Assembly: GCF_009914755.1 (NCBI RefSeq)
Contig: NC_060928.1
Direction: 5' to 3' (one strand)
Source: the human T2T-CHM13v2.0 reference genome, Homo sapiens
Length of the DNA: 64,000 nucleotides
The notes under the pieces were generated by a model, which was not told the origin of the DNA, ran no database searches, and worked only from the letters and a program-made list of their open reading frames with translations. Positions 1 to 14,350 of this stretch are shown here, piece by piece. Positions within the stretch are counted from its first letter, which is position 1; every line of letters begins with the position of its first letter. A program made the translations under genes and the position numbers.

Positions 1-256
<256 letters not shown>

Positions 257-299
257 GAAGAGAAAGTATTAACACAAAAAAGATACCTGACTATGATCT

Positions 300-770
300 T
301 AAAGGTTTAACTTCAAATGTGGTGCAAAAGTAGATAAGGAGTGGAAGCAACCCAGATATCTATGAATGGATGAATGGATGAATGGATAAATAAAGTGTGG
401 TATATACACAAAATGAAATACTAAGCAGCCTTAAAAAGGAATAAATACTGTCACATGCTACAATACAGATGAACCTTGAAGGTCATTATGCTAAGTGAAA
501 AAACAGTCATAAAACAGACAAATACATGATTCCACTTACATAAGGTATCTACCGTAGTCAAATTCATAGAAAGTAGAACCATGATTACCAGAGAGGAGAA
601 GAGAGGTAAGGAGTTGTTTAACAAGCATAGAGTTTCAGTTCTACCAACTGGAAATGGTCTGGAGATCTGTTTCACAGCATTGTAAATATACTTAGCGTTA
701 CTGAACTATACACTTTAAAATGATAAGACGGTAAATTTTATAGTATGTGTTATTTTTACCCAGTAAAAAA
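300..770 (+). mobile_element. L1M (L1MB-like) 3' end fragment
   Basis: L1 3' motifs TGGAAGCAACCCAGATATC, GAATGGATAAATAAAGTGTGG and GATGAACCTTGAAGGTCATTATGCTAAGTGAA. Confidence 0.85.
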
Positions 771-961
771 GGAGATCAGAAAACAGACTAGAAGATTTGG
801 GCCAGTCTCTCAGCTCTTATTCAAATGGAACTCCCTGTACATACCTGGACTTTTTTTCTCTCCTTTGGGAGCCAATTCAAGTCTTACAAGTATGGTAACA
901 CCACATTCGTGAGGCTTCCCTGCCTATCCCATCCCTCCTCAATCCCTTATTAGTTCCACCC

Positions 962-1195
962 AGGCAGTAGTATAGATAGCACAATGCCCGAATTCCAGTC
1001 CAGGCTTCCCCACTTTTTAACTATGTAACTTAAGTTATTTAACTTCCCTGAAGCTTGTTTTTCTCATTTATAAAATGAGGGTAATATACCCTATATCGTA
1101 TAGTATTTCTATTAGAATTAAACAAGTAAAAATTTAAGATATATAAGAATACCTGACATGAGTTACAACTGCACCATAAACGTTGGCTAATATTA
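962..1195 (+). mobile_element. MIR SINE
   Basis: Degenerate MIR core (AAGTTATTTAACTTCCCTGAAGCTTGTTTTTCTCATTTATAAAATGAGGGTAATA). Confidence 0.7.
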
Positions 1196-1469
1196 ATTCA
1201 CCCATTGTATACAATATTGCCTTTAATCATATTCATACCACTATATTGCACTTGGTTTGAATGGAATTCTTCGGTCTGCATAGTAGTATTACATTCCTTT
1301 AAATTATCACTGTAAATCATTCTTCTAATAAACCCACAATGCACCTAACACAGCAGTTAACATAGTTTTATTAATGTAGTAACGTATACATGTAGTTAGA
1401 GTTGTAAGAATGATGATAATTTCACCTGAAGACTTAACACCTGGGACACAAAGCACAGTGATTTACCAG

Positions 1470-1665
1470 GGATTCCAGCTCTGCCATGTGCTACCTGTGT
1501 GGCCTTGGGAGAATTCCTCTCTTTTCCTGAGCCTCACTGTTGTCATTTGTAAGCAGGGAAAATAATAGTGCCTACCTCACGGGGATATTTTGAGGATGAA
1601 ATGAGCGCATATGCATTAAAATCTTAGAACAGTGCCTGGTAAGCAACAAGCATTTAATTAGTGTC
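1470..1665 (+). mobile_element. MIR SINE
   Basis: CCAGCTCTGCCA...TGTGTGGCCTTGGG...CTGAGCCTCA...AATAATAGTGCCTACCTCAC...AGAACAGTGCCTGG. Confidence 0.85.
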
Positions 1666-4600
1666 TTCTGGATGGAGAATAATGGAAATTTTAGCTGAAA
1701 ATAGGTAGGCTCTGGGCAAAATCATTTCATAGCTTTGATCAAGGAGTAAGGATTGTCTAAGCTATGTTTTGATTATTTTACTTATAGCACAATCTGAAAA
1801 ACACAATAAAAAAACCTAAAACTTAAAAACAATTTCCATCCAGTGAAGGCCACAAGTACAAATTCCTTTACTTAGTATAAGAACATATTAGTAGCATAGG
1901 AGGTACCTAGGTTTAGGTGTTCTGGATAATATCGCAATAGTTAAATGCTTGATAATCTCCTTAGCTTCTGTAAGTCTTTTCCTTTCAAGCTGTCCATCCA
2001 GATTTTAAGTTAATTCACTAAGATTTGAGAATTTTTAAAAATTCTAATGTAGAGAGATCCCTAAGGTAAAGCCATAATTCTTGGGATATCAGAGAATAAT
2101 TTATTCTTCTAGAGTTTCTACAAAAGCAGAATTTTAAAACTTTTGTATAAGTGTATATACTCCACCATTTCTCTGAATGTAAGTCATATTTTTAGACAAA
2201 CAACCAGATGTTTCAGAATAGCCTACTGTGTTTCCTCTCTTTGCATTTATAAATAGTACTCTGACCTCTTTTCCAACTGAGTTTGAGGGTTTATTCCTAT
2301 TGGTTTAGCAATTGTCAAAGTTTCTTTTTCTTATAAAAAGAGGGCATTTCAGAAAACGTCTCCTACCTTACTGGACCATTTTTTAACATGTATTCATTCA
2401 ATATATATTAAGCAACACTACTCGCTCCAAGATAAGAGAGGGAGATATTTGGTGTTCAAGATAACAGCCTCTACTGTCTCATTTGACAACAGTGCTAAGG
2501 GCTACAAAGAAAGTGAAGATACAGTCTTCCCTCCAAGAGTTTACAATCTAAAAGGGTAGATGAGACATGACTATAAGAAAAGGTAAATGGCACGTATATG
2601 AACAATCAGTTCATTATTACTCAGTAAGTGCCAATAAACAATACCAAAGACACCACAAAAAAACAACTTTTTGCAAAGAATTTGATATATTCCAAAAAAA
2701 ACACTTAAATTGTAATGGTGAGAAAAATCCAATTTTATGACCCTAATTTCCACATGGTTTTATATTTTAGTATTGTTTTAAATACATGGAGAAGTGGCCC
2801 CATCATCCTTCATGAGTTCTCAGGAACTCTAAAAAATCTCAAATCTGCCACCTAAACCACTGCTTCAACCCAAATCAGGCCTCCTTTGTTTTCTCTGCAG
2901 CATGGGTAAATAAGTAAGCTTGTGCTGAACAGAAACTGAAACAAAATTTCACAGGACAACTTTCTAACTAGAAAAGATCACGTGAGGAGAATACCATTAA
3001 GTACTGCTTCATTTAAAGAAGAAACAAGTGAGCAAAATGGTTTAACTACCATTATATATTTAATCTGGCCAATACTTACAAGTAATAACTAAAATGATAA
3101 ATTACAAGGTCCAGAACTTTGCAGAAAAGATTAAGACAGCGTCTCATAGCCTCTAATCTCACATCCACCATATGTGGTCAAAGCTAAGACATATTTCCCA
3201 GATTATTAAGAAGTTCTCTACCTAATTAATATTTCACCAAGAATTCCCAAAACTCTTACAATGTAGCATGTGCAAAGATTGTATCCAAGAAATGTATCAA
3301 TAAATAAATGAGGACAGGTGGAAATGTATGCTAAAAGAAAACTATTAAAGCAATGACTATTATTTATACTTAGCATTTTTATAGTCACTTTCACCAAACT
3401 TTCTCACAGTTGCAGGGAGGTGGGTTAGAAAGTAACAAAACGAAACAACAACAACAACAAAAAACTTCTCATATATCATGAAGTCTATAACCCAGAATTC
3501 TACGTAGACTTTAAAACTTCATAGTTTCAATGCGTTAAAGTTCTTAAGAAAACTGTAATTCATTATAATCTGAGTTCTATACTTCTCCACAGTATCCAAG
3601 AATAGTTGGATCTGATATTATTGCATATCCATGAGCCTTACACTGCAAGGAGCTTGCAGTGATATTAGAAAAACAAGAATTTGTTTTTAAACGTACCATC
3701 AGCTTCTCCTTTTACAGACAAGCCACATAAAATCTGACAGGTTTACAGACGAAGGAAAAAATACAAACACAAGCACACACCCATATAAATACGTTTTAAC
3801 AAGCTCTCTCACTTACCCTCTAGGTACATTTTAATTCAAATAAATCTTTGAGTACTGACAAATCTATATAAAACCCTCTTCGTGTTAGGAACCACCTTAA
3901 ATGTGTATGTGTTAAATATGTTTAGAAAGAAGCCAGGAAGATATTTGCACTTAACCCTAGCCTAGTTCCATGACCCACTTTTTTTTCTTCTTTAAACGTT
4001 GTTGGACAAAAAATGTCATGAGTATTTTCTCTCAATATTTCTCCTGTAAGTGTATGGAAGTCATAAATAAGAGTTAAAAAAAAAAAGAGTTTAAAGGTAT
4101 TTCTCTTTTTTTCCTTAAAAAAAGTTAGCTTGCTTTTTATCTTCCAATTACTTACGGGCAAAGTTCCATGGGCCTGTGGGGGTGTAGAGTGCTTAAGTGC
4201 AGATAAATCAATACTGAGCTTGTAAGTACAATACTATTATGAGTAATAACAATGACATCCTATTAAATGTACTTTTAAAAATAGCTTATTTTCAATACAC
4301 TTCTTGATTTTTTTTTAAACCGAAGGCTGTATTCTACTGAACAGCCTACTTCAAGGACAAGCTTGCAAAAAAAAAAAAAAAAAAAAAAAGAATTTGCTAT
4401 CAGGATACCTACTTACAACACCCTAAGATGTCATTATTCCACACAAATTAGCTTATTTTCTTGTGTTTTCCTCTAATTATCAAAGGCTATATAATCCACG
4501 AACCCTTTCCCCAAATCAAAATAACTCCAGATCACCTCAAGGTAGGAGGTGTTTAAGAAAACAAGCCAGAATTAGATAAAGTAAAACTTACTTTATTAAA

Positions 4601-4769
4601 TAGGATGGACACCACTTCTCCCAAGAGAACTGTCTCCAAAAGTAAACAAGAAAGATCAATCTGGTAAACTCACATCATACAGGTTCCCGTGTAAGGTATC
4701 GGGTTCAGGCAGGTGGAAGCCAAATGATCGTAATTAAAGTTAATTAACAGGCCAGTCGTCTTAACGTGG

Positions 4770-5860
4770 TTAACAAGCAGGGTGCGGGGCAGCACAGACA
4801 CCCGGGCAAATTCATGATCTCTACCGAGTAAATAACTTGGTGCCTGAAACTCACTACAGCTTCTTCTTATTTAAAGGTAGGGGAGAGGAATGGAGGGAGT
4901 GTCCAGCTGTCTATCCGGATCCTCACCCTCCCGGGTCAAATCCCAGAAGTGGAGTTCTTGGATCACTTACCGGCTTCTGGTTTCCTTTCAGACGCCCACA
5001 CGCGGGAGCGAAATCCAAGGGGCGGACACCAGAGCCGAGCACTTTGCGCTGAGGAAATTTACCCGGTGAAGTGTCGAAAAGCCCCAGCCCCTCCAGACAG
5101 GGTCCTCCCACCCCCGCGTGGGCCATCCCGGCCCAGCCTTCCCGAGGCCCCGGGTACTCGCCTTGCGCTCGGGTCGCGGAGTTCGAAAAGCGAGGTGAGG
5201 CGGCGCTGGGAAGCTCAGCGCCGGCGTCTCTCCCAGCCTTGGGCGCTCGGTCCTCGCCCCTCTGCCGGAGGCGCCAGGCCTCCTCTTTCCCGGTCCCCGC
5301 CGGCTGTCCGCAGTCGCCTCTGCTGCCTGGCGGCGGCCGCGCGGGCGGCGCTGTTAGTGGGGCCGGCGTGTCGCGGCCGCCGCACCTGGAGGCGGGGAGC
5401 GCGGGCCGCGGACCCGCGCTCAGCTCCGGAAACGCCGAGCCCGGCGCCCGCGCCTTGCTCAGGTGCTCCCGCGCCTCGCCTCGGCCGCCGCTTCCTCTCC
5501 GCCCGCGGGGGCGGGGAGCAGGCGCCCCGCGCGGGGGAAGCCGGAGCTCAACGGCGGGGGCGGCCCAGCCGGCCTCCCTGGTTCCGCAGCATAGTTGGGT
5601 GACTGACTCAGACCGCCGCGACTTGGCCGCGCCTGGCACCCTCGCCACCTGGCGCACCTCGGCCCGGAGGCGTCAGACCCCGCTGGGGAAGCTGCGGGGG
5701 CGCGCCCTGGAGCCCAGAGCGACAGGGGCATTACCCACCTTCCCGGGACGGAGATGCCCAGGACCTTGTGTTGGCTCCTCCTGGCCAGTGGGTTTGTCTG
5801 TGCGCACTCATGGGGGGTTGAATGTCAAATGGGCGGAACCTCGCCACGACTGATTATTAG
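4770..5860. promoter_or_regulatory. ARAP2: CpG island promoter (ARAP2, possibly bidirectional)
   Basis: Very GC- and CpG-rich against an AT-rich background. GC box GGGGCGGGG at about 5508-5516, AP-1 TGACTCA 5604-5610, CTCF-like site 5642-5655. Gene assignment comes from recalled synteny: ARAP2 lies divergent and upstream of DTHD1 at 4p14. Confidence 0.85.
5162..5500 (-). other. ARAP2: Non-coding first exon (5' UTR) of ARAP2; TSS approximate
   Basis: Lies inside the CpG island. Minus-strand donor AAG|GCGAGT at 5162/5161 (GC type, otherwise consensus) and an alternative canonical donor CCG|GTAAGT at 4971/4970. Sequence to the left would be intron 1. Confidence 0.65.
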
Positions 5861-6135
5861 TATTACTCTTCCAAGTACTTAAAGTGTTAGCTCAGCGTTT
5901 CCCAAACTGAAGACTCATCTAGGGCACTATTTTCCCCAGGCTGCTTCTATGTAAATTTGCTCCTTCTTGCACCTGTGGCGGTTAGATCCCAGAGGGGCAT
6001 TTCCCCTTTGAGTTGGACTCTGACAAAGGAGGCAGCGAAGGAAAATAGGGGATCCCAAAGAACCCTTGTGGACCTCCAAATATCTAAGCGTCCGTAAAAT
6101 CCAGTTATTTGCAAGTGAGTTCACAGACCAACTAC

Positions 6136-6497
<362 letters not shown>

Positions 6498-6954
6498 TGA
6501 AATGTATTTATCTTTCCCCTGTTCCTGTTGATGGAAGTGAAGCAATTAAGGAAAGCGCAGACCTTATGAAAATGAGATAATTGGTGAAGTGCGGAAAGAG
6601 AGAGGCTTCCCACAAGCCTGGGCCCTTAGGATTCTTCAGTCATCACCTTCACCCACACTAACTACCTGCCCAAAGCACCGTCTTTCCCTGGGGAGACTCT
6701 GAAGCAGCTCTGTCTTACTAGAGACACCAAATATCCAGTTCCTTTTGAACTTAATACCTCATAGCCGACCTCATTTCCACCAGGAAAGTTTTATTGACAT
6801 TTTCCAAACCACGGGAACTTTTTCTCTGGATTCCTATAGCATTTATAGGAGGAATTTTATTTATGTGGCTCTTTTCTGGCTTCATTCTCTGTGTGTGTGT
6901 GTTTCTTTTGTTCTTTTTCCCTTTTCCCTCTCCAAATTCTCACATACTTCTCTC

Positions 6955-7283
6955 TTTTTTTTTATCTCTCTCTTTTTTGTTTTTGTTTTTGTTTTCGACT
7001 GAGCCCCGCTGTATCGCCCAGGCTGGAGCGTGGAGAGCAGTGGCGCGATCTCAGCTCACTGCAGCCTCCGCCTCCTGGGTTCAAGCCATTCTCCCGCCTC
7101 AGCCTCCTGAGTAGCTGGGATTACAGGCATGCACCACCACGCCTAGCTAATTTTCGTGTTTTTAGTAGAGGCAGGGTTTCACCATGTTGGCCAGGGTGGT
7201 CTGAAACTCATGGCCTCAAGTGATTCGCCTGCGTTGGCCTCCAGAAGTGCTGAGATTACAGGCGTGAGCCACCATGCCTGGCT
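6955..7283 (-). mobile_element. AluS element with TTTTTG tail
   Basis: Reverse Alu dimer ending in ...CCACCATGCCTGGC. Confidence 0.93.
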
Positions 7284-8038
7284 CTATTTTTATCATTGTA
7301 AGCCATCTTCGGTCCTTCTCTAAACAAGGTGGGTTATAAATAAAAATTATTAGATCAGTTATCTTATGTGTGGGAGGTTCAATCATTGCTTTGTCCTCAA
7401 GTTACTTCGCTTGGTAGATTTTATAAACTAATTGAGAAATTGTCTCTCTCCCTCTTCGCAAAAATATCTTAGTTCTTTGATTATTATTCAGTCATTTATT
7501 CTTTAAAAATTATTAATCACTGTTTGGCATTTTGAAAATACAGTGTTTAGCAAATACAATGCAATCTCTGGATTTATGTTTTCTGAGGGGAAATAAAGGT
7601 AAATGCTACAAGGTACAACAATGACTTCATAATAGCCCTGGGAAATAAAGAAGAACAATGCTCACTTATTGAATGTATACATTAGTTATAAGATGTATTC
7701 TGGTTTAATGAATCTTAATATATGGAGGAAAATAAAAATGTCTGAGGAAATACGGCAAAAGCTATCTTTTATTAATTGATCGATAGTCACCAGACTCTAG
7801 TCAAATACCTAACATATATGCTGTGTATACACAACGTGTGTGAGTTAAAATTCTTTTTTCAATTTTATAAATATAGGTTTAATTGAAACTTAAAGAGGTT
7901 AAGTAGTAAATAGTGAATACATTGAATACATTTAGGCTATATTCTTAGGGTATAAATTTTTTATTTTGCAACCTTCACAGTGAGGTATTCAGAGAGCAAA
8001 GTACACAGGGAAATTGGCTTTACAAGGATTAAGGTATG

Positions 8039-8372
<334 letters not shown>

Positions 8373-9430
8373 TTAATCTCAAGACCATTGGAACATATAT
8401 TCCCAGTAATTTTCATCTAGGCTGAAATGATTCCACAATGACGAGCTCCTGCACATTTTTCCCAGATTTTTAGTAAAAAAGCAGGTAAAGATGTGTCTGT
8501 GCCTATCTATGTATTTACTATTGTGATCTCTTGTTGCTTTACTTGTCGAGGAGACAATTTGAGAGAGTGAAAATCTTCCTCCTCTCCTCCTCCTCCTCAC
8601 TCTCTCCTCTCTCCCTCCTTTTCCTCCTTCTACTTTTTCTTACAACATGATGGCTAATACCCATTGAGCACTGTGTGCCAATTGCTGTTCCAGGCATTTT
8701 AATTACAAGAGCTCATTTAAGTATCTCAGCAGTTCCTTGGAGAGATGTTATCTCCTTTATAAGAAAACTTAAGAGACAGAAAAATTGAATGCTTTACACA
8801 AATCAAACAATTAGGACTGTACGGGAGGGAGAATTCCAACCCAGTCTTCTCCAGGATCTATTCTGCACTGTATTGTGTCTTGAAGAAAGTAGAAGGCTTG
8901 GAAAAGGCTGCATTCAAGATGGAACCAGTATAGGTTGCGGCATTTTTTTAAGCAAATTCATTAACTTACCTGAGCCTCAGTTTCCCCATATGTAAACTGA
9001 GAATAATAATACCTATGAGAATTTAATATGATTATATATCTACAGCACCTAAAAAAATAGTAACCCCTCAATGCATTTACTTTTAGTTTATCTTCTCAAA
9101 TTATTCTTCAAGATTTGATTCAAATCCTACCTCCTTCTCAAGACTTTCAAAATCTCTGATACTCGGAAATATGTACACAACAGGATTTAAAATAATCTTT
9201 CCTTTTTTTTTTTCTAAAAGAAAATCCAGTATTGCTTTTGCCAAATATGAAAATTAGGTATATAGATAAAATAAGCAAATGTCTACTTATTTAATTCATC
9301 AATTTAGATGAATATCTATAGAAGTAAAATTATATTTTAAACTATACTGTTATTTCCACTTATATTTTATGAAATATTTAATTCACATTTTCAAATTTTA
9401 ACATTCAACGACTTCATCACTATGGGCTGA

Positions 9431-9744
9431 TTTTTTTCTTTTTTCCTTTTTTTTTTTTTTTGAGACATAGTCTCATCACTCTGTCACCCAGGCTGGAATG
9501 TAGTAGTGCAATCTCGGCTCTCTGCAACCTTCACCTCCTGGATTCAAGTGATTCTCCTGCCTCAGCCTCCTGAGTAGCTGGGATTACAGGTATGCACTGC
9601 CATGCCTGGCTAATTTTGTATTTTTAGTAGAGACGGGGTTTCTCCATGTTGACCAAGCTGGTCTCAAACCCCTGGCCTCAAGTGATTCGCCCACCTGGAC
9701 CTCCCAAAGTGCTGGATTACAGGCATGAGCCACCGAACCTGGCC
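9431..9744 (-). mobile_element. AluS element
   Basis: Poly-T followed by reverse Alu dimer ending in GGCC at 9744. Confidence 0.95.
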
Positions 9745-9999
9745 ACTACAGGCATATTTCTGATATATATTTTTTGTTGCTTTTCTGTATACCATCTCAG
9801 CCCTATCCTTCAGCCCTGCTCCCAGGGATCCACTCCCCAGTAAAGAGTTCACATATAGGTTTTTGCCTCAGGCTGTATTTTCTGGGGGAGCTTTGGCTAA
9901 GACGTTTTTCATCACATCCTCTTATATTTATTTGTTCAGTAGCTTATTCTCTGCTTTAGATACAAGCTTTCTTTTTGGCCTGGAAAAAGGTAAATTCTT

Positions 10000-10605
10000 T
10001 TTTAAAGTTTTAATTGACAAAAATGTATATATTTATAATGGACAACATGTTTTGAATATGTTTACATTGTAGAATGGCTAAAACTAGATAGTTAACATAT
10101 GCTCTACCTTGCATTCTTTTTTTTTTTTTTGTGGTAAGAACACTTAAAATCTACTTTCTCAGGGATTTTTAAGAATACAGTACATTGTTATTAACTTTAA
10201 TCGCCATATTGTGTGCTAGATCTCTTGAACTTATTTCTTCTATCTAACCAAAATTTTGTATCCTTTCGCCAGTATCACCCCAACTCCCCCCTTTCCCAGC
10301 CCGCTAAGTACCATTCCACTCTCCTATAAATTCAGCTTTTTTAGATTACATGTGTAAGTGAGATAACACAATATTTGTCTTTCTCTGCCTTGTTTATTTC
10401 ACTTAACATAATTCCCACTAGGTTCATTTACATTGTCACAAATGATATGATTTTCCTCTTTTTTAAGGCTGAATAGTATTCTGTTGTGTATACATGCCAC
10501 ATGTTTTTTAATCCATTGATTCACTGATAGTCACAAGTTGATTCCATATCTTAGATATTGTGACCCGTGCTGCAGTAAACATGGGAGTGCAGATACCTCT
10601 TCAAC
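10000..10605 (-). mobile_element. L1MA-type 3' end fragment
   Basis: GTGGTAAGAACACTTAAAATCTACT, TAGATCTCTTGAACTTATT, TTTTTAAGGCTGAATAGTATTC, GTAAACATGGGAGTGCAGATA. Confidence 0.88.
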
Positions 10606-11086
10606 CTCAGGAGTTTAGTAGTTTGCCATTCAGATTAATGTACAATAATGGGAGGAAATATAGAAATAATAAATAAATTATGACACATATATTTTTGTAC
10701 CAGGCATTGTGACACATTATTAGCTTTGTAAATTCTCTCAGCAGGGCTAGGAGGTAAGTAATATCAGTATCTCCCTTTTAGCCAATGATGAAACTGAAAG
10801 GTTATCCAAGAACTCACGAGTAGTAAATAAGGTAATCAGGCATTGAGATAATGTGAATTCAAAGTACATGCATTAAGTATTATGCTGTGATGCCTCAGAG
10901 AAAGCTTTTTAACATTTTGATAATAAGGACCTTTTGTTCTGAGACACTATTTATTTGGGGGAAATGATGTACCTTATATTTAGGAATTTATAATACTCTC
11001 TCCTGATTCTCCTACTGCCCTTTTTTTAAAAAATCTCTATTGAGTACTCTTGTCAGTCAGTCTTGCATTATGCATACTTGGAATAC

Positions 11087-11481
<395 letters not shown>

Positions 11482-11599
11482 TAGGTAAATGTTTGTTTTT
11501 ATCAAGTTTGAAATGTTTATATTCATTATGTTGACTGCTTTCAGTTCCTTGTTACAAGCTATGAGTTACTTTGAAAGTTTTATTCATTCTTTCTTGAGG

Positions 11600-13720
11600 C
11601 AAGAGAGCAGTTCAGTGAGATGGCACTGCAGGTTACCCTAGACAAAGGAGCAGTGAAAACTATTCAGTCAATTCAATCATTGACCAAAAATTGATGGTAT
11701 TGTGGAAATAATTTATTTTTAAATATAAGGTTTTAAAAAATCATTTTAAAGTTTAAAGAAAAGTAAAAAGTTTTCCTATAAAATTAATATTTCAGAAACT
11801 CATTTAAGCACTATAGATGAGAGTGTTTCATTAATACTAATATGCATATTTTTACACTTCTTCTGAAAGAGGAATTCATCTTAAAATGAATTACTGTTGG
11901 CCAGGTGGCAGTCACAACATAATTGTCACTGCCTACACGCTCCTGAACTTGATCAAAAATGTTTTATATTGTCATCACTTCATTTGAGTTACTTGCATCA
12001 ACAGTGCTGCATATGTTGAGTTCGTGACTCAAAACATCTTCAAAAAATTGCACTGGGTTTCCGCAGAAAGATAAGGAAACAGAGCAGTGTGATTTTGTGT
12101 GATATTTGATAAAAATCTATGTCTAAAAAATCTCAAAGAACGTTTTTGTAGATATACAGTGTATAAAAATTCTAAGTAATTATTTATTTTAATATTAAAT
12201 TTTAAATTTGCATTTTAAATTCGTTGACATCCAGTAGTTTCTGCCACTGCTAACATAAAAATCTAGTTTTATTTTTCTATGGAAAAAATGTTTCCTAAGA
12301 AAAATCATTGCATGGGAGAAAATATTTGCAAATTATGCATCTGACAAAGGTCTCATGTCCAGAATCTGTAAAGAACTTAAGCAATTCAAGAAGCAAAAAA
12401 CAAATAACACCATTAAAAAGTGGGCAAAGGACATGAGTAGACATTTCTCAAAACGAGACATACAAGTGGCCAACAAAAATATGAAAAAAAAAGCTCAACA
12501 TCACTAATCATCAAAAATGAAATACAAATGAAAACCAGAAATGTAAATGAAAACCGTAAGATACCACCTCACACCAGTCAGAGTGGCTATTATTATTAAA
12601 ATGTCAAAAAATAAATGATGTTGGTGAGGCTGCAGAGAAAAGGGAATGGTTATACACTGTTGGTGGGAGTGTAAATTTGTTCAGCCACTGTGAAGAGGAG
12701 TTTGGAAATTTCTCAAAGAGCTAAGTTGAACTACCATTCAAACCACCAATCCCTTTAATGGGTATATACCCAAAGGAAAATAAATCATTCTACCAAAAAG
12801 ATGCACGTGCTCATATACTCATCTCATTACTATTCACAATAGCACAGACGTGGAGCAAACTTAGATTCCCATCAAGGGTGGATGGATAAAGAAAATGTGG
12901 TACATATACAACATAGAATACTACTTAGCAATAAAAAAGAACAAAATGATGTCTTTTGCAGCAACATGGATACAGATAGGGGCTGTTACCCTAAATGAAT
13001 TAACTCAGAAACAGAAAACCAAATATTGCATGTTTTCACAAGTGGAAGCTAAGCATTGGGTACCTTTGGACATAAAGATGACAGCAGTAGTCACTGGAGA
13101 CTTCTAGATGAGGAGAAAGAGTAGGGGGGTAAGGGCTACAAAACGACCTATTGGGTACTATGCTAACCACTTGGTGATAGAATCATTCACACCCCAAGCC
13201 TCAGAGTCAAGTAACAAACCTGCGTATATACCACTTGAGTGTGAAAGAAAAGTTGAATTGTAAAGAAAAAGAAAACAAAAATTATTCCTAAGAAAAATGA
13301 AAGAAAACCTAATTTTTGCCCAATGGATTTATAGACAGAATACATTGACTGTATATAAATTCATTGCTTCCACTTTAATGTGTCAGTTCTTCTCATGTAT
13401 GTCTGTAGTTGAGTTTACTAAACACATGAAAAAATGGATTTATTTGTGCTGTGGCTTGAAAATACTGTGTAGTTCCATTTTTTCCTTTTTATGAAAAATG
13501 CTATACTTAAAATAGATAATTAGCTTTAAAAGCTCTTCTGACATCAAGAAAAAAAAATGGAAGAGGAATTTGGAGAAGCAAAAGACAGGTAGAAATGCAA
13601 AAGCAACAGCTAGAAATAGATTTCTTATAAAGCACTGAAATTCAGCTGTTAAAACTTATTTGAAAAGCACAGAATAATATCAATGTAAAAGGTAAGTGAA
13701 ATACACTAAAAGTATTAATA
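11600..13720 (+). mobile_element. Degenerate hAT (Tip100/Zaphod-like) transposase fossil, interrupted by an L1
   Basis: Frameshifted HCLH..LNLI (11927-11954) resembles the hAT CxxH..LNL motif; ATA..ALK..VKTYLKST (13603-13671) resembles the hAT C-terminal dimerisation motif. Confidence 0.55.
12306..13284 (+). mobile_element. 5'-truncated L1 (old L1PA/L1PB type)
   Basis: ORF2 C-terminus and 3' UTR consensus; perfect 14-bp TSD TTCCTAAGAAAAAT at 12292-12305 and 13285-13298. Confidence 0.92.
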
Positions 13721-13751
13721 AAACCTCAGACCACAAGACAACTGTTCTAAA

Positions 13752-14350
13752 AGCAGAGGTCACAAACTAACTGCCTGTGAGTAGCATGAAGGCAAAAAGT
13801 TCACAGAATGATTCAGACCACAGAAATTTTTTAGTTTTCAAAATGTATATTTTCATTTTAAAATAGGAATTTTAGCTTCTCTTGAAAAAAAAATTAGATG
13901 GCCTGCTAGTACTACATTCACACTTGCCAAAGCAAGTCTAAATGGATTGGAGGCTGGGTGGGGTGGCTCATGCCTGTAATCTCAGCACTTTGGGAGGCTG
14001 AGGCTGGTGGATCACCTGAGGTCAGGAGTTCGAGAACAGCCTGACCAACATGGTGAAAACCCATCTCTACTAAAAATACAGATTAGCTGGGTATGATGGT
14101 GCATGCCTGTAATCCCAGCTACTTGGGAGGCTGAGGCAGGAGAATCGCTTGAAGCCAGGTGGCAGTCCAAGCCTTACAGTGAGCCAAGATTGTGCCATTG
14201 CACTCCAGCCTGGGCAATAGAGTGAGACACCATCTCAAAAAAAAAAAATGGATTGGAAAACTGGCTGCCCTTTTTGGGCAGGACATGCACTGTTTAGTTT
14301 GCTATAGTCCCTCCTCACCCTGTTTCTCCTTGGGGTTATGACTCCAGTGC
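13752..14350. mobile_element. MER102-like hAT-Charlie element, split by an Alu
   Basis: CAGAGGTCACAAACT start, AGCTTCTCTTGAAAA, GGCTGCCCTTTT..GGCAGGACATGCAC..AGTTTGCTATAGTCCC. Confidence 0.6.
13952..14248 (+). mobile_element. AluS element
   Basis: Full dimer; TSD AAATGGATTGGA at 13940-13951 and 14246-14257. Confidence 0.96.

Noticed and set aside
4837-5853. Long overlapping ORFs (217-260 aa) on both strands
   Set aside because: They lie in the CpG island, where stop codons are rare. They start at non-ATG codons and are Ala/Pro/Arg/Gly-rich with no recognisable domain.
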